In this document: positions 25,741-37,729 of the stretch, piece after piece
How positions within the stretch are numbered: position 1 is the stretch's first letter
Layout of the letters: each line of letters starts with the position of its first letter
Assembly: GCA_008632985.1 (NCBI GenBank)
Contig: QPGO01000007.1
Coordinates: 310,001 to 374,000, forward strand
Direction of reading: 5' to 3'
Source of the DNA: Psammoneis japonica
Lineage: Eukaryota
DNA length: 64,000 nucleotides
Notes under the pieces: model-generated
Databases searched by the model: none
Told to the model about the DNA's origin: nothing
The model's input: the letters and a program-made list of their open reading frames with translations, nothing else
Made by a program: the position numbers and the translations under genes

Positions 25741-25918
25741 CACATAGCCCTAGACGTGCGTACGCCTACACAGTCTAATAACCGCGCACTAAGTGCGCGA
25801 GAAAAATCAACAGCAACAAACCACAACACAAAAGGTAAGCTTAGTTTCCGCCTAACCACTAAAAAAAAAAAACAAATGAAGTCCTTGTACATATGATAGG
25901 TACATCTACAAATGCATC

Positions 25919-27542
25919 ATGTCGAAACGAAAGGCGAGGGAAGTATCTGTGCGCACGTCTTTGGGGGACCTCTTAGCACAATCAGAAATCCCGACACTCT
26001 CGAAAGGGAACCAATCGATGCAAAGTACACCGCACATCGAAGACACGGGGCACGAGGAAGCTGCCCCGGTCCTTAAAGAAATCACGCTCCCCGAGGGAGA
26101 GCTGTTTCTTCCTGACGGAGTAGAAACTCAACCGAGCGCCCTCCTCACGGAGCTTGGGAATGCTGATCACTTTACGTATCAGAATGAGACCAAAGTTCAA
26201 TTTCTTGTCGCAGCTTGTCTAAAAGACGCGCTCCGGAGTCTTGATCTGTATGATGAATTTGCGGTGGAAAGCGAATATTCCATTTTTTCCCTCCGTCCAG
26301 ACATTGTTGTTGTGAGCCATACCGGCAAGGGAATTGTTCTGGTCATTGAGATAAAAAAACCTGGGGACGGAGTTTTTGAATCCCATGAGGTTGGCGGCCA
26401 AGTGTTTGACTACCTGGTGGGCGTGCTCTTGTCTGGGGTTGATACCCCGTTTGCTGTTCTCTCGTGTTATGACGAGATGCGCATTGCTCATTTGGACGAC
26501 GGTGGTGCCTCGCGCGAAATTCTCGATAGGAATGCATCGCAGCTCTCCGAGGACGTTGACAACGATATTCTCGCCTCTTTTGGCATTGGAGGCCATGACG
26601 GCAAGCAGTCACCGAACCGGAGTGAACTTGAATCAGCACCATCAAGCCCTCCGTCAAAATTGAACAGAGTATTTGGTCAGAGTGAACCACCTGTTGATGT
26701 TGGGGGTAGTGATGGTGATGATGATGAGGAGGAGGAGAATAACGTTGAAGAAAAGCCAAGCAACGACGAGGATGAAGATTGGGATCGCGCAGTTGTTTAT
26801 ACGCAAACTTTTACGGGGAGAAGCGCAATAAAGGCTCTTGTTCTCGCCATTCGTTGCGGACTTGAATCTATCGCGAAGAGTGAGCCCCGGAATGTGCCGA
26901 TGCCAGGGGCAAGTGCAGGCGGCTCTTGTGCCAGAGTCAACACAGAAGGACTTGTATATGGAAACATGCCGACTAACATACGCTTCAGCTACAATAAGTT
27001 TCCCGGACCGACAACAAAGACATTGTACCTTTGGAGAGACCTTGGTCGAGGCAGCAAAGGGCGCGTATTTCTTGCTTGTAACACTGGAGGCAATGCATGC
27101 GCTGTCAAATTCTTCTTGATCAACTACGATACATATCATCGCCAAGAGGGGACAAGGCTGATAGACAAGCTTTTAGACAAGCTCAGATGAAAATTAAGGA
27201 GGTGGAGGCAAACCGCGAAAAAGACTATTGGCTTCAGGTATACGGGGATACCTTTAAAGACCAGGTTCGTGTTGTGCAATTGAACAATCATTGGTGCCTG
27301 ATGATGCCATATTTTGACCAAGTCGCAGAAGACCAAAGAGAAGCTGCCTTGATGAAGTCCGCAATCACCTGGCCCGAATTAAGGGGATGGGCTTGCACTA
27401 CGACACGAAAGACCTACGATGGCGTCATATTGGTGTGCGAGGTTGTACTCCCTATATTTTTGACCTCGGATCGTTGGTAACATGCAACTCAGCTGATGTT
27501 GACATTGATGCCTCGATGAAAATTCTTAGTGACAAGATCTAA
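25919..27542 (+). pseudogene. PD-(D/E)xK nuclease-like plus protein-kinase-like fusion (Crinkler-type REase-kinase, DUF5898-like); two frameshifts at about 27150-27190 and about 27350
   Basis: SLRPDIVVV...LVIEIKKPG...GQVFDYL; DLGRGSKGRVFLAC...CAVKFF; continues LMMPYF, then DLRWRHIG...IFDLGSL to TAA at 27540-27542 in shifted frames. Confidence 0.7.
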
Positions 27543-27640
27543 TCAAGAATTTTTATCAACGTTTGAATCAGAAGCTGTTTATGATCAAATGCTCTCGACA
27601 ATGTCATCTAAGAAGCTGGAACCAAGACGACGAAACCATT

Positions 27641-27750
27641 CAGCAAAGGTTTTCAGATTGATCGGATTGAATTACTCAAGAGTGGCGGACAATACACGCT
27701 GGGCCTACTGCAGCAGGTTTTTGGGGGGTGTTTTGGCCAGAGAGAATGAC
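27641..27750 (+). repeat. 110-bp dispersed repeat, unmutated copy of 21742-21851
   Basis: Direct alignment; this copy retains TA and CG. Confidence 0.9.
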
Positions 27751-28569
27751 TGGCATTGCTGGAGGCCTCCTGGATGGTTTTAATCCACTTTGCTTTATGG
27801 AGATTTGTGTTTTGTACCCCTATTCTGGAAATTGTACACATGATGACACTGTTGACTGTCAACGTGGAGGATCACTCGTTGTATTGATTGATCAGATTCA
27901 TACTATTTATTCACTCGCCATGGCCATGGGGGCACTCATCCTCACGTGGATTGTTTGGTGGTCCTTCCGACAAAGAGTCATCCATAATCAACGGTTCCAA
28001 TTTGATGCGCAACAACTAGAACAACCATCCGCATCATCATTAGCACCAACAGCATCACCGACATCGGCGAGAAGAAATGGAGCGGGAAATCTACGTTCTT
28101 CGACTGGAAACGAACCTCAAATACGTCGGTTGCGTGCGGTCAGAAATCAGGCCATGTATTGCACGGCCGCCTATCTGAATGGATTAATCTGGGTCTCGTT
28201 GGGGAATTCGGCCGCGGGCTGGTTCCTACAGGAGGACAACAGCTATCAACCAGTTGGTGGTGTCGTAGCACTCAAAATCTTGGGATGGTTCTTCTGCCCA
28301 TTACAAGGCTTCTGGAATTTTTTCATTTTCATCTGCCCAAGATAGAGCCGTACCGAAAGGCTTGTCCGGACAAGATTTGGTGGTGGGCTTGTCGACGAAT
28401 ACTGGCTGGTCATCCCGTCCCGTCAACATTTAGACGAACAAGAAGGACCACGGATACCGGTAGAGACGCCAGTGATCCTTCCTCCCACTTGCGATTGGTG
28501 TCCGAAGAAGCCGAATCATCAAGCCGACTTGGGACAGGTTTGAGGGACGAATCAAGAGACTCACCCTGA
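27750..28569 (+). pseudogene. 5'-truncated 7TM/GPCR-like gene fragment with a frameshift near 28340
   Basis: Hydrophobic helices and RAVRNQAMYCTAAY...FFCPLQGFWNFFIFICPR, continuing YRKACPDKIWWWACRRIL in another frame. Confidence 0.6.
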
Positions 28570-28829
28570 ATCTAATCAGATTCTCAGTATGTTCTTGGAC
28601 CTTCCAGTTTTGCACTTTTCGACGGCCATATTTTTGCCTTTCGTATTATGACACTAACTGCAAATCACTACTCTAGTAACTGATCATTCACCGCATGTAT
28701 TGTTATTCACTAGGACGCTAGGAGTGATTGATTCTGAATGCGCTCGATTGTAGCAATTCTTGATGGAGTCTGAGCTCGACGCTTATCTACTTGTTCGTCG
28801 CGCCGAGCATTGCAGACTGAAGAGGGTCA

Positions 28830-30222
28830 TCACATTTGCGAGAGTGTCTGTTGCGCTGGTTGAGCAGCTCCAGCAGCCATGCCGCTTGGTGGCCCTGGCA
28901 AAAAGTAAGCATGTTGTGGCTTGACAGGTTTCATGGGACGTCCGTTATCACCAGGGTTCCAGGAAATAATCTCCATGCCCCAATTGTAAATTTTATCGCA
29001 AAAGGCTTGCATGGACAGGATAGTGAATGGTTCTTCCAGTTGAGTGGCTAATTCATCAATGCCAAGCAAGAACAAGGAAAGCACGAAGGTTGCCGGAATC
29101 ATACCAGCATGATTCCAGGTGTAACCGTACACATCATAAAGGGCGAAGGGAATCAGCAGTAACCATGCTCCCGTAAATCGTGCCGTGTGGCGTGAATAAA
29201 ACAGTGGAATGGGTGAAGTCAAGAGTCGTTCCGAACTACCCAAATCATCCTCAAAGATAGTAACCGCCTGATGGATTTCATTCTTTCGAGCAAAGTGCAT
29301 GGGTAAATCATCAATGGCAAAACTCAAATCCTGCAGAGCCCTATTCGGCCGATGAGCTGCAGAAATGATCATTTCCGCTTGCTCTTCGGGCATTTTTTCG
29401 TACAGTTCAATACAATAGTCTCGTTCGTCTTCTTCCTCCGGTGACAAGTGTCGTTTCATGGCACGGACAAATGCCCAGGTACAGAGCGCGACATGGTTCA
29501 GATCATCCTGGCGCTGCTCTGGCGAAACGTTCGTATTGTCATAATAGGTATTCGCCATTCGAACCAAGTCACGTGTATGATTAATGTTCATACCCCAGTT
29601 TTTCCGGGCTTCATCCTAACGTCGGTAAGATGTGTTGGCACGAAAGGCTATATTTTCCATGAATGTGCAAGACAGGGAAAGTGTTAGCACGACGGCTATC
29701 AACAAGACACTTCACTGAAGAATCAATCTCATAAGGAATGCTCCCAACTTACTTAAAAGCAAGCCCAGAGCTGGACTGGACACGGTAAAGGCCGACAAGG
29801 GGAGACCGATCTTTTCGCCTGTAATTACGGCACGGCCACCGACGTACACGCATAAATTTCACGCTTAGGATTTTGGTAGACGCCAGAGCTAAAGAGAGAA
29901 CCCAAATAAATCAAGAAGCGGTCTTGCGATCGGTGTTTCTTCCAGTCCTCGTGCGTGTACACGGTCCGTCGAAATTGACGGGCTGTCTCCGGATTGATGT
30001 CCTTGTCGTCAAGCGATCCAATACAAAAATTGTCCCATCCTGTGGCACCCTTTAATAGTGTGGTACTTCTAGCGCTGGTAGTAATAACAGTGGCCGATGA
30101 TGTCCTCGTCAGTCTGCTTGCAGGAAGATTCGGTGGAGTGATGGGTGGGGCAAATCCACTCGTGATCGACAGACTTGCCAAGGACAGCACAACAGCTGCG
30201 TGAAGGTAATGCGGGCAACCAT
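28830..30222 (-). pseudogene. Plastid-targeted bestrophin-like anion channel pseudogene (intron 29648-29752)
   Basis: Signal peptide plus SG-FAP motif; RQFRRTVYTHEDWKKHRS; SPALGLLLTFRANTSYRR*DEARKNWG with TAG for Trp at 29616-29618; ERLLTSPIPLFYSRHTARF; LGIDELATQLEEPF. There is a frameshift in the signal peptide and a frameshifting deletion near 29830. Confidence 0.85.
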
Positions 30223-30303
30223 TGTCGGCCAGAGATTCTTGGGGAGTGTCCTCGCTTTGGGAGGAAGGGATGCAATCCTTGTAGCCTCAGCAATTACTTG
30301 GCT

Positions 30304-30498
30304 GATCAAAGGCTTGTGAGCGAATTCTGGCTCAGCGTGCAAACAACACGACAATGGCCGAAATGCCGTTCGTTGAATGCAATAGAAGTGGGGCGTCGAG
30401 TATCTTTTTTCATAATGTCGCTAATGATACAAAAGTACAACATGTTATGAAGAAAGACACTCGACAGATCGTGTTGTTTGCACGCTGAGCGCAGAAGA
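30304..30498. mobile_element. Internally deleted copy of the 7706-8123 foldback element, upstream of the bestrophin start
   Basis: Close match to 7801-8038; cgtgcaaacaacacga / tcgtgttgtttgcacg inverted repeat. Confidence 0.85.
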
Positions 30499-30499
30499 T

Positions 30500-33400
30500 G
30501 TTTGAGGCAAAGCTCTGGTTGCTTGCACATGTTTGAACATCTCACAAATCACATGAGAACCCAATGTCTCAGGACTTTGCTCTTGCCATGCAGGTTCTGC
30601 AACCAACAACATCAAAAAAGGCTTTGACCAGCAACTGCAGTTGGGTGTTGTTTGGTGAATGACAAAATGAGTTGTTTTCCACGAGTCTTTTCAGCATTGA
30701 ATGTTTCAACAGCAAAGCTGCCAGCTGTGGCATGGCTGCACAAGATTCTCTGGACAGCTGTGGGATCCAGAGATGTCCAAGTCAACATTCCACTGCAGCA
30801 GGGTGATGATGCCATGCACCACACCAACATCATTAAACATTGCACACATCATCTCATTTGCTCCATTGTGCAGTGACACAGAATTTGTCAAGTGTTCATC
30901 AAATTTGACAGAAATGTTGGGACGTCATGCACATTGTCCGGTGCCAATTTTGAAGGTTCTTTGTTGCCCCCTCTGCCATCTCCGCCTGTCAGCACCAAGA
31001 TGCACTGAAGGCACTCCTGCATTGTGAGCCAGCACACAGCCAAGTGAAAAGAGCAAAGATGCTCCAAAATGTTCAAAGCACATTGTCTTCCGCCAGTTGT
31101 GGTGTTGAAGGGAGCCCCAATTGCAAGCTGCACATGCTCGGGCAGTGCAAATGTGCACATTTTCAAAAGCACACAACTTTGCATGAATTAATTCATTTCA
31201 GCAAGACTTTGCAACAACCAGCTCCCTGTCTCACAGAAAGTCAGCATGCACAAAATGTGGTGCACAAAATGTGGTGCACACTGTGACATCAACCTTGTTG
31301 AACGTCAACATTGTGCGACAATGTCATTTGCAGCTGGAGGGTTGGTTTGGGCTGGACACTTGTTGTGCAAAGCCTCAAGCGGCAAAAGCTGGAGCAACAG
31401 AAGATCAGGAGATGAGCTCAGATTTGGACCTGTCATCTCCAAGACGACATCCTCCAGGAGACAGTCTCCGAGATCTAGAAGCAAATGAAACCTGTTGGCA
31501 GTTGTGACAAAACAAACAGCTGGCCAGTTTTCATTGGCTCCATCATCACCTTGCAGACATGAAAGCATGCTTGTCATGTGCTTTGTGAAACAGCTGCCCT
31601 GAATGTCAAGGGCCAAATGTGCTGAAGACTTGAGCTCCTTCATCAAGGCAGTGAGGTCATTCTCGACATTGCTTTCCCAACAAAAACCACATCATCACAT
31701 GACAAGAGACTCTGCAGCACTGCAAAAGAATCTCTTGCTTGCTTGCTTGCCCCAAATCTTCACCAAACAAATTGCGAGAATGTTGGGATGTGCAGGGAAC
31801 CTGAGCATGACAGCTGAAGTGCTGCACAATCCTCGCACCATCCTGAAAAGACACTGTGCTTGATGTCAAAAGAAAAGGCACCAGCAATGATGCTTTCCTG
31901 TGCTTCTGCATTTTGCTTTGGGGGCATTTGTTACAGTGGTGGGGCTGATGAGGAGCTGTCACCAAATCTGAAAGCACACCCAGACTTGGCCATGTTGCCA
32001 CTGCTCTTTGACCCCTGAAAGCCTCAAGTTTGGAGCATTTGCCACACTTGCCTCCCAAGCATCACACCCAGGATGTTTTTCCATTGCTTGATGCTCTTGT
32101 GCATTTTGCTGTGAAGCACCCACACAAGCCATTGGGAGCTGGGTGCTTGGTGTCATTGGGCTGTCCTCCTCACTCCTCATTTGTGCATTCAATGCTCAGA
32201 GGATGTGGCACAGCCATGCAACATGCCTTGAAAAAACACACCATGCTCATTGTTCATGACTGTGTCTCAAGTGGACTGCACCAGTGCAAAGCCCTGATGA
32301 ATTTGCAGCCTTTGTCACACTTCCTTCAAACCCAAGCACAAACCTTTGCAAGTCTTGCTGTGTTTTTCCAGCTGACCTTGCAGAGCATTGTTTTGTTGTT
32401 GATGCCAGAGGCTGCTCCATCTGGGGCATGTCCAAATGATGCACACTTGGCACTGTCATGTTGTTGTTGTTGTTGTTGTTGTTGTCATTTAGAACAGCCC
32501 ACATAACTGCATGGAATGTTTGCAACTTGGCTTTGTGCAAACTTTTGTCATTTGTTGTTGGGCACATTCAAAGAAAGCATGCCTCTGCCATGTGTGAGAA
32601 AGTCTTTGTCTGCTTCTTGCTCTTCCCCCACAAGTTTTTGTCCAAGCATTTGCAAGAAATTGGGTGCTGAACAGGTTGCAAGAAACTTCTTTTTGCATTG
32701 ACCAGAATGTTGATGACCCAATGCTCCTGGCTGGTCTGCCAGAGTGTCAGTGCTGCAACTTCTTGGTGCCCCAGTTCCCTCATGTTGGCAATCCTCTTCT
32801 TGATGCTCTGCCAGATGGAGCTGCATTTGCTCTGCATTGGTCCTTCTCTTGCACTCCCTCCCTCTCTGCTCTCTGTTTGTGTGGTGCATTCTCTCTCCTG
32901 CAGGCAGGTGGGGTGGCTCTCTGGCTGGAGCTTTGCCTCTGGGTTCTCTGAAAGAGCAAGCCCCAGGTTGAGGTCTGGTTTCTCATGGCTTGTGCCACAA
33001 CCAACCAGAGAGTTCTGCAGGAAGAGCATCAACCACAAATGTCAGAATGTCATCCCAAGGGACCCAGACATCTGTTTGAAGGGACCCAAAGAGATTGAAA
33101 AGAAAGAAGATTGTTTTGACTCCTGGTTTGGCCAACAGAAGTCACATTCTTTGAAGAGATCAGCACCATCATCAATCCCTGCATTTGTTTGCTCTTGCTC
33201 TTTAGAGCAAATCATTTGGCTCACACAATTGTCAGTTGTTGGTTTCAAGAGAAGCCTGTTGTCATGTCAGTTGCACATTTTACATTGACAACAAGGCAAT
33301 CCACAGCCACCAAAGACTGCCAAGGCAAGTGCATCAAGTGGCAAAGAAGATGTCACAGGATTCGTTTTGGCAACATTGACCTGCCCATTCAACATTCACT
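30500..33400 (-). mobile_element. Decayed non-LTR retrotransposon (RT region); same family as 51955-53800 and about 37730-39670
   Basis: Colinear with 51955-53560; minus-strand remnants of GVQQGD, LAKIF and GF..G.S..D RT motifs; TA- and CG-depleted. Confidence 0.6.
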
Positions 33401-33599
33401 CCAAAGAGTCATTGGCACTGCATTCAGTGCTTTCTTGAAGACTGCAGGCTGCCAATCCAACTGAATGCCTGCATTGTGAGTGGCAAAGCAAGGAGGTGGT
33501 GGAACTGGCTGCTGGGGCCAAGGACATGGTTGCAGAGGTGACAGAAGTCACAGGTCCTCCAACAAGAACAAGAACAACATGAAACACTTTCAGGTTGAA

Positions 33600-36250
33600 A
33601 TGAAGCTCCATCCTTTGTCACTGAACAGCAACACTTGCAATTTGACATGTGCAGAAGTCAAACAAAAGGTTGTTTGACACATGCAGAAGGAATGTGATCA
33701 AAGTGCACATTTGGGAAGGACTCTAGAAAAATGCAGCACAAAGACATCAAGGCCAAGATGCCTCCCTTGCAGCTGTCTGTGGCAACCATGCCAAAGGAAG
33801 ACAACTCAGATCACCAGACCACACCACAAGAGAAAAGAGCACAAAGACAAAGCACTGCAAATGCAGCACAAAGTGGAGACAAGCAAGAAGATCAAGAAGT
33901 TTGAAGACAACAAGACTGCCACATTTTCAAAATCTTGAACAAAAAATGTTGTTCCAAGCAGCAAATTAAGCAAAGGTTGCAATGTGATCCTGATTTTTTG
34001 ACAATGTCAGGGACAACCAAACAAAGCTGTTGAAGCCAGTCCAAGCCCTTGCACTCAACCCAACAATGAGATGCACTTGCCAAGGCCTCAAAGAACATCT
34101 CAAATGTGAGGCAGCAAGACAGCAAGCCTGCAAACAATTGTCCATCAAGATTCAAGAACCAGCAAGATGCCACTCTGAAGAGAAGCACTGGGAGACAAGC
34201 TGCCAAACAGGGGGACTGAAACAGAACATCTTTGAGACATTGATGCACCTGTTTGTGCAGAATGGCAATGACTGTTCTGCAAGAGCCAGAAGAAGAGCTT
34301 CATTGGAGACAACAATGCATCCAGACAAAGACTCCTGTCTGAAGACTTTGGAGAAGGCAATGGATGCATTGCTGAACCAGCATTCAAAAGACAATGATTC
34401 CAGTGAACAATGCATCAACAAGGGGGGGGATGACTGGAGCAGAAATGACAAGAGTGACAACAACAATGGAAACAAAAGGTCCAAAAACCAACAGGGCCAG
34501 AGGCATGCTCAGAAGAGCAATCAAAACTGCACTCCTGCACACTGCTGTTGTGTTGAAAAAAAACCACAAGTCCCCAGAGTGCAGTCACTGTCATGGTGTT
34601 GCTGCATTGAGCACCAGGAAGAAGCCAGACATTGGGGGACAGAGCTGCACACAGACATGAGGTGGAGATGAAGACAACTTGTTGGTGATTGCAACAACGC
34701 AAGTGTGTTGCCACCGCCAGATCTAATTGATCCACCCGTTCCAGCCAAAGCAAAGGTGCAGCATGGCACGGGTTGCAACTGGTTGACAAGAGACTAGAAG
34801 TGAGAATGAGCCAAGCCAATGCAAGCATCAAGATGGATGAGATCATCCCTGACAATGGTTCTGCCCTTGGAATGGCACAGCAAGCTGGAGACCAGCACAC
34901 AAGCCCAATGTGCAGATGGCAAGGATTGAGATTGACCCATGAGTGAACATGGAAGCAGATGCTCCTGACAAAGACTACACTGTGCCCAGATGGAGAGACA
35001 TGAAGGAAGCTTGGATTAGAGAATGTGACAGCAAACATGTCTCAATGATGTGAGGTGTCACAACCAAGTGGCAGACAAGCTCCAACCAGTGGACAAAAAG
35101 ACTGGCAAGCAGCAGGTTGTGGTGTTCAAAGTTGATGACATTGGATCACACACATGTGCTCCAAGCCAAAAAAATTTTAACTGCAAGAAATTGAGTTTTG
35201 AGCATGTTCATCAAAGGAGAAGAGCAATGGAAACAAGAAGAAATCAAACAGTCAATGGCAAGCAGTGCACCATCTGTTTTCACATGGACAACCCACTGTT
35301 GAGCCACAAGAACCCCAAGGTCAACGACAATTTTCTGAGCCAGCTTGGCAAGATGCACAGAAGCTGTGGCAAAGTGGTTGCAGCTCAAGTCAAGAGGCAC
35401 GACTGCCTGGGGATGACCCCAGACTTCAATGAGAAAGGCAAAGGTGAAGGTCCACATGACCAAGTGTGTTCATGAGATGATTGATCATCAGTTCCTGGAA
35501 CAGATCAAGAATGCCAGTGTTGCCATGACACCACCAGCAGCAGAGAACCCATTTGACACCAGTGATGCAAGACTGCCAACCACCAAAGCACAGAAATTCC
35601 ACACATGTGGTGGCAAAGGGACTGATTGTGTCCAAAAGAGGATGCACAGATGCACATCCCACTGTCACAGCATTGTGCACACAATTTAGAGAGCTGGCCA
35701 ACAAGGGTTGAAGAAAGCTGGTCCACTCTGTCAAGAGCATCCAAGTCAGACAAGAAATGAACATGAAGTCACTGCGTCAAGTGGGAATGACCTCTGAGCC
35801 ATCAAGTGGCATGTGAATGCACCACTTTTGGTGCACCCCATTTCCAACAGCCACACAGGAGGTTGTCATGACCATGGGCAATGGAGCAGCCAGCACAGGT
35901 GGCGTTAAAGCATCAGAAGCTCAACATCTGATGCAGCACAGAAGCTGAACTTGTGGAAGTCAACGACATGATGACCATGATGCTGGGGACCAAGTTGTTC
36001 ATGATGGAACACAAAGGGCATCCAGTCAACAAGATTGTCCTCTTTTGGTGGCAACAAATGGGTGCAAGAGTGCCAGGAAATGGTTCAGGGCACTCAACAT
36101 TTGGCATTTCTTTGTTGCCAACCAGATTGAAAAAAGTCAACTTGAGAGTGCAGTGCTGCACCCAAAAGATGGAACTTCATGGCTGAGTCATCACAGGGCC
36201 AGAAGTTCTAAAAAGCTTGAACAGGCCATCATGGGCTGTCAAAGAAAGGT
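33600..36250 (+). mobile_element. Decayed Copia retrotransposon (gag to RNase H), a second family
   Basis: VNGKQCTICFHMDNPLLSHKNPKVNDNFL...HDCLGM; SHTGG..TMGNG; QKLN..STEAELVEVND...KLF; NIWHFFV. Confidence 0.75.
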
Positions 36251-36299
36251 GAACACAACACAGGTGTGTGGTGTCCTGTTTGTGACAACAGAAGAGAAT

Positions 36300-37700
36300 T
36301 GTGATGCAAGTGGGCAAGAGACCCCTGTGGAATGAGAGGCACGCAATTCCTCAGCTTTGACAGAACACAGTTTGCTGCAACATCAGTGGTTTGTTCATCG
36401 AGGATGTTCATCAACCATGAATGAGGTCAATGAAGAAGCATGACTCAATGATGAGTCAAGAGAGAGCTGTGCAACATGCATGCAAGGCAGTGGCCAACAG
36501 ATCACTGGAGAGCCACACGACATGCATGCAAGGCATTGGCCAACAGACCACTGGAAACAGTTGATGACAAAGATGGATTTGTTGGGTGAAGTTGATGATG
36601 TGAACACACAAAGGGATCAGACCACATTTGTCAATGAGGCATGTGATGATCTGAAGTGAAGGCTTGGAGGAAACAAGAGCCAACTGGGTTGCAATCCTTG
36701 CCTTCATTGTGATTTTGGATTTGCACCAGATGATTCTGGAAACAAAGAGTGACAGGAAGAGCAGGAGGTTTGACTGCAATGAGCTCCCAAGTCCATCAAT
36801 GGATTTGTGTGTCCTGTGCAATGAGAGGCATGAGCAGATGAAGAGAATGTGCAAAGAAGCAAGAGGTGGAGCATGGAAGCATGCAAACACATCATGTCCA
36901 CCACCACACTGGTGCTTTGTTGCATGAAGATGGATTGAACATGGACCATGACATGCCCATGCATGGATGGAATGCACACAGGACCAAGGAACATTGACAG
37001 ATTGTTGGATGCCAAGCCTCAAAACAAAGCAAGAAATGTTGTTGCAACCACCTGTGCCATGAGAAGGGTGAAAAGCACATGAAAGATGAGTGCATTGCAA
37101 GTTCCAAGGGTGATCTGGGTGGACCTGACATCATGAAGTCAAAAGAGATGTCAACAGCCAGTTGTCCCACATGTGGTGTTGACAGATTTTGGGCTTGCTG
37201 ACCCACTTGTGAAGCACAGCACCAGGTTCCCTGAGAACACAGCTTGTCATTGTGGACTCCTGGCAGACAAAAATGATGTTGCTTGTGATGCAGGAAAGCC
37301 AGCATCTTGTTTCCACCATGACCTTGTTCTGGTGAAGCCCTCATTGATGTGGACACATGCTGAGATGGAATTCTTCAAATTGACTCCAGAGGTGATCAGC
37401 AAGTGAATTGCATGTGTGATGGACATTGGTTCAGCCAGTCAAATCACAATGGAGAAGATTTGACATGACAATGTGTGCAGTTTGTGGAGAAGGTCCAAAG
37501 TTCATGGATGCATGTTCAACAATGTGGTTGATTTTTCTGATGGGGGAATGGTGTGCTGAGATGTGCCTCTGTGCCTGTCCAATTTGGAAATGGTCGGCAA
37601 TGAGGAATCAGATGAGCTGGCTTTGCTTGTCATGGGAGATGGTTCTGTCCACTCAAATGATGCAAGAGCAATTGAAAACACCAGTGTGAGTGGCAAATGT
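36300..37700 (-). mobile_element. Decayed non-LTR retrotransposon RT fragment
   Basis: Minus-strand PSHGTGG (compare YGxGQG) followed about 130 nt later by a GxxDD-like remnant; weak. Confidence 0.4.
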
Positions 37701-37729
37701 GGGTTGGAACATCACCCCAAAGGAGCTCA

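Noticed and set aside
29616..29618. Stop-codon reassignment or readthrough (TAG at a conserved Trp)
   Set aside because: The same gene has a frameshift and a deletion, and the intact gene at 51025-51801 ends in TAG.
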